This document shows, in pieces, positions 8,649 to 17,200 of a DNA stretch of 64,000 bases. Source of the DNA: a virus; IMG/VR virus record IMGVR_UViG_3300045988_085140; one strand, 5' to 3'. Below the pieces are notes generated by a model. That model was not told where the DNA came from. It did not search any database and worked only from the letters and a program-made list of their open reading frames with translations. The first letter of the stretch is position 1. Each line of letters begins with the position of its first letter. A program made the position numbers and the translations under genes.

Positions 8649-8830
8649 TAAAAGAGTTAAAGAAACTAAATCGCTTGTTTTGCTCGCTACAAAGGTAACA
8701 AAATAAACTTGAATGCCCAATATACTTTAACCTACTTTAACTTTGTAATCATTTGTATATCTACTGCACACCAAGCGTATACCTAAAATCTGAATATCTT
8801 ACAGATTAACGAATTACATATTTTTTCACA

Positions 8831-8862
8831 TTTGGTAGTTTCAAAAATTATTTCTATCTTTG
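8831..8862 (+). promoter_or_regulatory. Bacteroidota-type promoter (TTTG -33 / TATCTTTG -7)
   Basis: TTTG at 8831-8834 and TATCTTTG at 8855-8862 with a 20-nt spacer. Upstream of the 8981 operon. Confidence 0.55.
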
Positions 8863-8980
8863 CATCGTCAATGTTGCAGATTGGCTGGATAAAGTAGTCC
8901 TCCTTTCAAGGCGTAAGCCTACAAGATATGAGTCCCTTAGTTCTTGCTGCAACCAAGACTTTAGGACTCTTTTTTATGTT

Positions 8981-9784
8981 ATGCAGTATATAAATGTAAC
9001 CATAGAACTTTTGAAAGCATACTCTTCAAGTAAGAGCATGAAGGAACTTCTTGCTGTTGCTATTTGGATAAAGATGCAGCATAGCAATTCTGTAATGTGG
9101 AATGTTACGGAATACAAATTGAGGAAAGGATTACATATTGGTAAACCAAAAGCAGAAAGACTTATTCAAGACATGAAAGATGATGCTTTGTTTTCGGTAG
9201 ACGGAAACAAGGTTATTGTCTCTTCGTTCCGTGACAATACGATAAAGTGGACTCGAAAGGGTCGTGAGTATCGTGGTGCTATGGTATGTAAGTTTGAGGT
9301 AAAAGATTATACCTTGAAGGAATTATTCAATCTTATAAACGAGAAACTTTTTGAATTTCAGATTTGTGCTGCCGAGCATAAGGACTGTTGTATGAAAGCA
9401 CCTGAGGGTGAAAAGGTCGGTGCCAAAGGTAAAGCTATCACAATAAAGCAATTTCAGAAGGCTCTCAATACAAGTAGTAGTTCTGTTTCGAGAATAAAGA
9501 AAAGACTTATTGCCAGTGGTAAGATTAATTCTACTCTTGCCGAGAAACATTCCTTTGACATCAGGAATGAGGAAGAAACGAAGAGAACTTTGTTGAGAAC
9601 GAGAAAATCCAAGGCAGACTTTATTGTCGGCACTCTTGGATTTGTAGTCCTTGCTTGTACTTACTCTATCGCTAATAGGGCGGTGACCGATGGATTCAGG
9701 CATCTTATCTATGGCAAGCAGAGTGAAAAGGTTATTCAGAGAGACATGAGTATTGGAGGAATCCCTGACGGATTTTTCTGTTAA
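8981..9784 (+). CDS. hypothetical protein, possible winged-helix DNA-binding
   Basis: 267 aa. ITIKQFQKALNTSSSSVSRIKKRLIASGKI looks HTH-like. First gene of the accessory operon. Confidence 0.5.
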   Translation: MQYINVTIELLKAYSSSKSMKELLAVAIWIKMQHSNSVMWNVTEYKLRKGLHIGKPKAERLIQDMKDDALFSVDGNKVIVSSFRDNTIKWTRKGREYRGAMVCKFEVKDYTLKELFNLINEKLFEFQICAAEHKDCCMKAPEGEKVGAKGKAITIKQFQKALNTSSSSVSRIKKRLIASGKINSTLAEKHSFDIRNEEETKRTLLRTRKSKADFIVGTLGFVVLACTYSIANRAVTDGFRHLIYGKQSEKVIQRDMSIGGIPDGFFC

Positions 9785-9792
9785 TTGCTTAG

Positions 9793-10554
9793 ATGTTTGT
9801 TTTGGTAACCTACATTGAAAGAAAGAAAATATATAATAAACAATTAGTTATGGATAAACCTACTTATGAGAAGTTCAAGAGATATTGTATATCGAAGAAC
9901 TATGGAACAGATGAGTACATCAAGAGTCTTTATGATTATCTTGATGAAAGGAAGTGGAAGAAGGCAAATGGAGTGGAACCAGTAAACTGGATGATTCTCA
10001 CAGATGCTAACTTTGGTGTGTTCAACGCTAAAGGTAAATTCTCTAGAGCAATCAGAGAAAAATTGGCTGAAAAGTCGGAAAATTTCGACCCAGTTGAGCC
10101 ATTTCCTGATAATGGCATGAACTATGTGGCTTATACGGATGGAAGTTGTGACAACCGTTCCAAGTATAAGGCAGGAGGTTCTGCTTACATCGTATTGAAG
10201 GATGGAGAGATTGTCAAGATGAAGAATCATGGCAGACTACAGACAACAAACAATCGTATGGAATTGCTTGCTATCATTAGTGCAGCTAAGTCTTGTCCAG
10301 ATGGTGCTTATCTTGATATTTATACGGATAGCCAGTACTGCATACTTGTGTTGGGGAAGAGTACTCCACCAATGAAGAATCCTGACCTCTATGAGTTGTA
10401 CAAGAAATGCTCTGCTCATTTGGCAGGAGTTCGTTTTCACTGGGTGAAAGGTCACAATGGTGACAAGTACAACGAAATGGTTGATAGCTTGGCTTATGGC
10501 GCATATTGCGACATTTGTGAACAATATAACATCGAGAAATCGAAAAGACATTAA
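9793..10554 (+). CDS. rnhA: RNase HI with ~110-aa N-terminal extension
   Basis: YTDGSC ... NNRMELLAI ... IYTDSQY ... KGHNGDKYNEMVDSLA gives the canonical D-E-D-(H)-D RNase H set. Confidence 0.8.
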   Translation: MFVLVTYIERKKIYNKQLVMDKPTYEKFKRYCISKNYGTDEYIKSLYDYLDERKWKKANGVEPVNWMILTDANFGVFNAKGKFSRAIREKLAEKSENFDPVEPFPDNGMNYVAYTDGSCDNRSKYKAGGSAYIVLKDGEIVKMKNHGRLQTTNNRMELLAIISAAKSCPDGAYLDIYTDSQYCILVLGKSTPPMKNPDLYELYKKCSAHLAGVRFHWVKGHNGDKYNEMVDSLAYGAYCDICEQYNIEKSKRH

Positions 10555-10565
10555 AATTTTGGCTT

Positions 10566-10946
10566 ATGGAACTTGATATGTTGATTAGAAGTGCCCTGAG
10601 TGATGCCCAGTGGTTAATTGCTAAGGGTGGCACGGATAGGGCAGAAGTCCTGAATCGTGTGCTGGGTAAGATTGATAATGTCCTGAAAGAACTGGATGGG
10701 GTAGAACTCATTGGCCTCAACAAGGTGTGGCATCAGGCGAAAGATGTTATGCCACCAAGAATTTATGGCGGCAATCATGCAGACTTGCTGTGTGTGCATC
10801 AGTTCAAGCCTACTTCTCATCCTCATCTTACTCACGAAGAGAACTGCCCTGAGTTTGAGGAGTATCTTAAAGCGAGTCCGAATGACTGGTGGTGTAGAAC
10901 TGGGGATTTGTTGAAGAAGGAACATCGTGAACTTTATTGGAGATAG
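10566..10946 (+). CDS. hypothetical protein
   Basis: 126-aa ORF with an ATG start, in the operon. No motif recognised. Confidence 0.5.
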   Translation: MELDMLIRSALSDAQWLIAKGGTDRAEVLNRVLGKIDNVLKELDGVELIGLNKVWHQAKDVMPPRIYGGNHADLLCVHQFKPTSHPHLTHEENCPEFEEYLKASPNDWWCRTGDLLKKEHRELYWR

Positions 10947-10971
10947 ATATATTAATTTAAATTATTTAATT

Positions 10972-11541
10972 ATGTGTGAAAAAACAAGTAGTATGTCAAT
11001 GTATATTGGCACAAAAGTAGTTATGGCAATGCCTATGACTATGACAGAAGCACAGAAGGTGCTAGGTAGAGAAATTAAGCCAGCAACCGTTGAGGAAGAT
11101 GGCTACTTAGTAGGGTATAAGAACGGATATACGTCTTGGTCTCCTAAGAGTGTGTTTGATGATGCTTATCGTAAACTTGTCGGAATGGATTTTGGTAAGG
11201 TTATTGAGGCATTGAAGTCTGGTCTTGCGGTAAGACGCAAGGGATGGAATGGCAAAGGTATGTTTGTAGTCAAACAGATTCCTTCTCATATTGAAGGCGG
11301 CATCATTCCTACGATGCAGTCGCTGCCTCAGTCAGCTAAGGATATTCTGCTGAGCCGTGAGAATGCGCACATTGATTATACCAATCAGATGTTGATTATC
11401 AATCCTGATGGTCGTGCAGATTCTTGGGTTCCTTCTTCATCTGATGTTTTTGCTGAGGACTGGGAGCTTGTTGTAACCGAAGATGGTTGGGATTCTTTCC
11501 CTAATTGTGCAGTTCCTTCTGATTCTCCTATTGAAGATTAG
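10972..11541 (+). CDS. DUF2829-domain protein (family of Thoeris inhibitor Tad2)
   Basis: FGKVIEALKSGLAVRRKGWNGKGMFVV ... PDGRADSWVPSSSDVFAEDWELV matches the DUF2829 pattern. Also has the N-terminal GYLVGYKNGYTSWSPKSVFDDAY module. Table start 10927 is GTG; ATGs lie at 10972 and 10993. Confidence 0.65.
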   Translation: MCEKTSSMSMYIGTKVVMAMPMTMTEAQKVLGREIKPATVEEDGYLVGYKNGYTSWSPKSVFDDAYRKLVGMDFGKVIEALKSGLAVRRKGWNGKGMFVVKQIPSHIEGGIIPTMQSLPQSAKDILLSRENAHIDYTNQMLIINPDGRADSWVPSSSDVFAEDWELVVTEDGWDSFPNCAVPSDSPIED

Positions 11542-11543
11542 TA

Positions 11544-11825
11544 ATGACTAGTTCATCTGCTGAATACTACAGAACGCACCCATCAGCTAGGGCACGGAAG
11601 GCTTCCTACGATACTAATTTCGAGTCTTCTCCTGCTCAGAAGGCTAAGCGTAGGGAGTTGGCTCGTTACAACGCTGCCCACGATAAGAAGTATGGGGCAG
11701 CTTCTCGCAAGGGTATGGATGCTAGCCATACGAAATCAGGAATTAGGTATAAACCATCATCGGTGAATCGTGGTTCCAAGACGGATATGGCTGGGGATAG
11801 AAGAGCGAGAGGTGGTCGCTGTTAG
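11544..11825 (+). CDS. small basic hypothetical protein
   Basis: 93 aa, R/K-rich, ATG start 3 nt after the previous stop. Confidence 0.5.
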   Translation: MTSSSAEYYRTHPSARARKASYDTNFESSPAQKAKRRELARYNAAHDKKYGAASRKGMDASHTKSGIRYKPSSVNRGSKTDMAGDRRARGGRC

Positions 11826-11837
11826 TGAATAAAAAAG

Positions 11838-11865
11838 AATAGGGAGTGCTCACGCATTCCCTATT
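11838..11865. terminator. bidirectional terminator hairpin
   Basis: AATAGGGAGTGC pairs with GCATTCCCTATT (12 bp, one G-U) around loop TCAC. Flanked by an A-run upstream and a weak T-run downstream. Sits between convergent genes. Confidence 0.55.
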
Positions 11866-11942
11866 TCGTTATCCTAACAATCTTAAAACCTATAAACCAA
11901 AAACCTATGAAAAAAACAAACGTTCTTCTTATGAATTATATT

Positions 11943-12251
11943 TTATCCTTCCTCTTCTGACATCTGTCTCAACTTCTCGGTGAGGGCATTGTGAACCTCA
12001 CGCTTATCGTCAAGAGTGACGGTCTGTAGCTTAGGGCAGTTAAACTCTAGTATCTTGATGAAAGTTGATACCTTGTCCTTCGGCTCACACTTATACCATG
12101 CAGCCATGAAGTCTTCCCAAGCCTCTCTAGAAAAGTCAGCACACAACTCACGAAACTCCTTTGTGATAGGAGACTCGTAACCTTTCTGTTTACCTCCAGT
12201 CTTTGCTCTACCTTTCTCGAACTGACCTTTTGTATTTCTATCTGCTGCCAT
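11943..12251 (-). CDS. small basic protein, possibly DNA-binding / small-terminase-like
   Basis: MAADRNTKGQFEKGRAKTGGKQKG has a K/G-rich N-terminus. The table start 12293 would place the -7 box inside the ORF, so ATG 12251 is preferred. Has its own motif promoter. Confidence 0.45.
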   Translation of the reverse strand: MAADRNTKGQFEKGRAKTGGKQKGYESPITKEFRELCADFSREAWEDFMAAWYKCEPKDKVSTFIKILEFNCPKLQTVTLDDKREVHNALTEKLRQMSEEEG

Positions 12252-12270
12252 TGTCTTAACTATTTTGGTG

Positions 12271-12313
12271 CAAAGATAGTAATTTGTTGGCAAACGGAAA
12301 CTTTATCCGTTAA
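12271..12313 (-). promoter_or_regulatory. late-type promoter: TTAACGGATAA element + 24 nt + TATCTTTG
   Basis: On the minus strand GGATAA is at 12308-12303 and the -7 box at 12278-12271. The gap is exactly 24 nt. Confidence 0.6.
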
Positions 12314-12326
12314 CTTACCACCTAAA

Positions 12327-12369
12327 TAAACGGATAAAATACGAATCTCGGATGGTATCTGTATCTTTG
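12327..12369 (+). promoter_or_regulatory. late-type promoter: TAAACGGATAAAA + 24 nt + TATCTTTG
   Basis: GGATAA at 12332-12337 and TATCTTTG at 12362-12369. Mirror partner of the minus-strand promoter. Drives the operon that includes the giant ORF. Confidence 0.6.
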
Positions 12370-12400
12370 TACCATTATTAATAATTAAATTTTCATATAT

Positions 12401-13060
12401 ATGATAGGTGCATTAATAGGTGCTGGGCTTGGGCTTGCAAGCAGTATTGCTGGCGGTATAGCTAACCGCAAGGCGAGACGTAAGCAGGAGCAGATGATTG
12501 CCCAGCAACAGAGAGAAAATCAGGCATGGTATGACAGAACATACAATACCGACCCGACCAAGCGTGCTGATACGGTTCGCTTGCTCACACAGATGCAGGA
12601 GCAGATTAAGAACCGCAACAAGGCTGCCAAGGGTAGACAAGCGGTAATGGGCGGTACGGATGATTCCACTACTGCGGTGAAGGAGGCAAACAACAAGACT
12701 CTTGCTGATACTACCTCACAGATTGTAGCTGCAAATGATGCCCGAAAGGATAACATCGAGCAGCAGTATATGAACAGAAAGAATCAGTTGCAGAACCAGC
12801 AGATGGGTATGGAAGCTGAGAAGGCTGCTGATACTGCCAATGCGGTTGCAGGTGTGGCTGGTACAGCTGCAAACATCGCTGCATCACTTGATAGTGGTGC
12901 TGGTAAGAGTAAGGTGGCTCGTCCTAACGTGGAAATGCCTACCGATGCAGAAATGGCTAAGTTGGATGCAAAGGTGGGTGCGGCTCCTACCCAGCAGCAA
13001 GTAGTGAATGATTTGAACAATATGATTGGTGACAATGCGCCAAAGAAGATTAAAGCATAG
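12401..13060 (+). CDS. Gly-zipper membrane-anchored protein (putative internal/ejection protein)
   Basis: N-terminus MIGALIGAGLGLASSIAGGIANRKARRK, then a Q/N/A-rich region. First gene of the giant-ORF operon. Confidence 0.5.
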   Translation: MIGALIGAGLGLASSIAGGIANRKARRKQEQMIAQQQRENQAWYDRTYNTDPTKRADTVRLLTQMQEQIKNRNKAAKGRQAVMGGTDDSTTAVKEANNKTLADTTSQIVAANDARKDNIEQQYMNRKNQLQNQQMGMEAEKAADTANAVAGVAGTAANIAASLDSGAGKSKVARPNVEMPTDAEMAKLDAKVGAAPTQQQVVNDLNNMIGDNAPKKIKA

Positions 13061-13063
13061 CCT

Positions 13064-14251
13064 ATGAAAGCATCAGATATGTTACGAAACAACAATGGCT
13101 TGAAGACTACACAGAGTGTGCTCAACAAGCAGCAGAGTGGGGTGGATGCCGCTCAGAAGGTGGCACAGACTCAGGCTCCAGTCTTCACCCAGCAGCAACT
13201 TGATGCGGCTGGAAAGAAGGTTGACCAGATGAATGCTGCTACTCCCACCGATGATGCTATGAAGGCGGCTAGGGCTAAGACTATCGCTACACAGCAAGCC
13301 ATCGCCAATGGGGTGGACGTGAATCAGGGAGTGCCTAGTGATGAGGAGGATAAACCATCTGTCCCTATCGTGAAGAAGGAAGAGCCTAAACCTCAGCCTA
13401 AGCAGTTGTCTTATGCTGATATGTATAAGATGCTGAATCCTGAACTGAATGAGACTGCTGATCAGAAGGCGAACCGAGAGAAGAAGGAACGTACCAAGGC
13501 TCGTATCGCAGCTCTGGGTGATGGTCTCCGTGCGCTATCCAATATCTACTTTGCTACAAAAGGTGCAAAGGTGGTACACAATCCTGAGTCGGATATGACT
13601 AAGGCGGTGAATAAACGCAAGGCATATATGGATGAGCAGAGAGAAAAGAATCGGGCATTATGGCTGGCTGGGTATCAGAGGGCACTCGCTCTTGATGAGG
13701 AAAAAAGAAAGAATAACCTGACTCTCGCTGAACTGGTGAGGTATCACGATATGCAGAACGAAATCAACAAGGTGAAGAATGGCCAAGGGCAGCAGAGAAT
13801 TGACCAAGGTAACAGAAGACTTGAACTTAGTGAGTTGAAATATACCAATGATGCCGAGTATAAGGATAATCAGTTGAAGATTAAGAAGATGCTTGCTGAT
13901 GGTCAGATAAGCCATTGGGCTGCTCAGGATGCACTTGCTAGACTGCGAGAAGGACGAATTTCTAATAAGGCTCAGAAATCTTCTGGCGGTAATCAAACTA
14001 CTGCTGGTTATTGGTATGAGTACTACGACCTGATGGACACTCCTGAGGGGCAGAAGAAGATTAATGAACTTAAAAGAAAGTTGAGAATCAAGAATGTTAC
14101 TCAGACTAACGTGAGATATATTATGGATAGATTGAAAGGAAGAAGTAGTTCTGCTGGAGGTGGTAAACCGTCTGGTGGCGGCAAGCATACAACACATAAG
14201 GCTGGCGGTTCTTCGGCTGGTGGCAAGAAGAAGACTGGCGTAAAATGGTAA
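13064..14251 (+). CDS. coiled-coil K/Q-rich protein with Gly-rich basic tail
   Basis: 395 aa. C-terminus SSAGGGKPSGGGKHTTHKAGGSSAGGKKKTGVKW. Lies between the Gly-zipper protein and the giant ORF. Confidence 0.5.
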   Translation: MKASDMLRNNNGLKTTQSVLNKQQSGVDAAQKVAQTQAPVFTQQQLDAAGKKVDQMNAATPTDDAMKAARAKTIATQQAIANGVDVNQGVPSDEEDKPSVPIVKKEEPKPQPKQLSYADMYKMLNPELNETADQKANREKKERTKARIAALGDGLRALSNIYFATKGAKVVHNPESDMTKAVNKRKAYMDEQREKNRALWLAGYQRALALDEEKRKNNLTLAELVRYHDMQNEINKVKNGQGQQRIDQGNRRLELSELKYTNDAEYKDNQLKIKKMLADGQISHWAAQDALARLREGRISNKAQKSSGGNQTTAGYWYEYYDLMDTPEGQKKINELKRKLRIKNVTQTNVRYIMDRLKGRSSSAGGGKPSGGGKHTTHKAGGSSAGGKKKTGVKW

Positions 14252-14291
14252 CAGAATTGGTAACAAGAATTTGGTAACAAACATATATATC

Positions 14292-17200
14292 ATGGCAGAA
14301 AGACCATTATACACTTTATACAAGAATCTGAAAGCACAGAACTATGATGTGCCTGATGATTACAATAAGTTTGAGAGTGCTCTGACAAGAGACGGAAAAG
14401 GTGGTGCGGATAACAGACATGCTATCTACGAGAACTTGAAGGCTCAGAACTTTGATGTTCCATCAACTTATGAGCGTTTTTACTCTGCACTCTTTGAACC
14501 ACGTAGTAAGACTTCATCTAGAGCGAAGGGCGGTAGTGTTCCTATGAGTGCTGCTGACCGTGCTCGTTTCTCTGCTGGGGCAGCAGCTATCTCGGCTAGT
14601 GCTCAGCAGACAATGAACAATGCTGGCAGATACAACAGACTGAAACAACGCAAGCAGAAACAGCAGAAGGATTTCGGTCGTGTGAACTTGGGTACACATC
14701 AGACTCCTTATGGTGGTGATGCAAACAATGTTGTGAAGGATGATTTTGCTTACAATCCTGAGACTGGCAAGACTGGCGCATACGTTACATCGGACAATGA
14801 GAATGTTTATTCTCTTCCTGAAGCTGAGCAGAAACAAGCTATTCTTGACCAGCAAAACAATGCATATCAGGAAGCGGTAGATACTGGTGAGATACCATCT
14901 GCCTTTGATGTTCGTGACAAGAAAGGTAACTATGACTTGCAGGATAACATCGGCAAGAATGGAACCTACCTTACTGAGGAAGGTGCTCAAAAGCAGTTTG
15001 ACAAGAAATTGGCTGATGCCTATGCCCGAAAGAAGGAGATTGAAGCTCTTATCGCTGAGGATAATCGCCAACACGGAAATCCTTTGCTCTCTTATGGTGC
15101 TAGTATCGGTGCAAGTAACGGAAGAACTGCTGAGCAGAGTGACTATAGAAATAAGTTGGCAACCTCTCTTTCTCTGGTTACTGAGCAGATTGGAGCGCTT
15201 GAAGCGGTGAAACAATATCCTACAAGTAGCTGGGGTGAGGATGCCTTGAAGGCTCTTGACAATACTGCATTTACTGCAAAAACATGGGATTTCGGTCTGA
15301 CTGACTTCGCTATCATGGGGCAGATGGAACGTATCAAGACAAAGATGGATAACAATATTCCTCTCTCTGGTTCTGATAAGATGCTCCTGAAGAGTAAACT
15401 TGGTGCGGATGCTGCTACGGCTATCGAAGATGAGAAGATGGGTAACGTCTATCGTTGGACGAAAATTGCAGGGAAGAGTCTCCCATTTATGGCTGACTTC
15501 TTCCTGACTGGCGGTTATGGTGGTATTACCAAGGGCATCAGTCGTGGAGCCTTGAAATTTGCTGCTAAACGTGGCATGGGCAAGGTGAGTGCTGCCATCT
15601 TGAAGAATACTGGTATCGTGGCTGGCGATGTTATCGGCTCGTATGCAATGGCTGGAACTGAGCAAGCGTTGAAGACTGGTGCTGACATCATGCAGCGACA
15701 TCTTGGTAATCTGTATCAGGATGAGAAGGGTGATTATAAGTTTGGTACTTTCGATGAGAATGGAAATCTTCTGCATGAGGGTGGTGAGTCTATTGGTACT
15801 GCTCTCTATAAGGGTATGACCTCTGCTATGGTAGAGAACTATACAGAAAAACTTTTCGGTCACAACTATGGTATCAAGAAGGGTGCTGTCAACTTCATGG
15901 AGAAACATGGTATGAATGCTTCTGCTGAGTTCTTCAAGAATATCGGCAAGAGTGGATGGTACACCAATTCCAAGAAGTGGATGGAGAAGTTCGGTATCAA
16001 TGGTTTCGCTGAGGAAGTGATGGAGGAGGAAATTGGTATTCCTCTTCATGCCCTGCTGGATGGTGAAGGTAAGGTGAGCGACCTTCTTGATGCTAAGCAG
16101 CAACTCGACATCATCGGTGGTATGGCTATCTCGGTCGGTTCTATGTATGCGATGGGTGCTGGCTCCCGACCAGTAAAAGGTATCTACAATCGTGCTCAGT
16201 ACTACCGATTCCGCAACAAGGTGAACGTGGCTGATAGTGATGCAGAGAACCTTATGGGCGATAACTGGGCAGACATCAAGGATAAGATAGACAACGCAAC
16301 TAATGAGCAGATGGGTAGTGTGCTGGCTGATATTCTCAGACAGAGAGATACCATGACCAAGGAACAGATTAATGCTGCTGTTAACTATGGTGTAAACCTG
16401 ATGAAGATGCGTGGCTACAATATTGCCAAGACTGCTGAAATGAATGCCAAGGAGATTACCAACGAACCAACAACACCTGAGGAGCAGCATCAGGCAGATA
16501 TTGACAACGCTTATTCTGAGGGGCATGATGCTGATGATGCAGATAAGCATGATATTCAGATTCAGCAGGAAGACCAGATGAAGACTCTTGCAGCAGCATT
16601 GGGTATCTCTGAGCAGCAGTTATCAGCCATGAGCGATGAGGAACTGGAATCCCTGACTGGGCAGGATGATAAACTTGACCAAGCTATCTATGACTACCAG
16701 TTGTCTTCTGCCCGATACCAAGGTGTGGTTGATGATGCACAAGATAAGGTTGACCTCGCTGCACATCAGGCAGAACAGAGAGTTGATATGTACACAGACC
16801 AGAGTCGTGGTTCTGTTCGTAACGCTACTATCAAAGCATCAGGCGGCTTGGAAGACTATGGTGTATATATTATCAGTGGTAATATTGCTACTCATGATGA
16901 TGGCTCCATTGATGTAAGCAATAGCGATGATATGATTCTCTATTATGACCCGACAACCAATAGCGTTGAACATGCTGATGCGTTGATGGTCGCTGAACTG
17001 GGTGAAGAACTACCTGCTGATGATGTGAAGGCTCAGGCGGTATCTGATGCTAAAGAGAATGCTATCAAGGAAGTGGCTGGCATCATTGATGGAACCGTTG
17101 AAGTTGGCTCCCAGTTCAATGTGACTGATACTGATGGTACTGAACATACCTATGAAGTGTTGGCTGACTATGGTGATGGTACTGCTGCTATTTCTATAGA

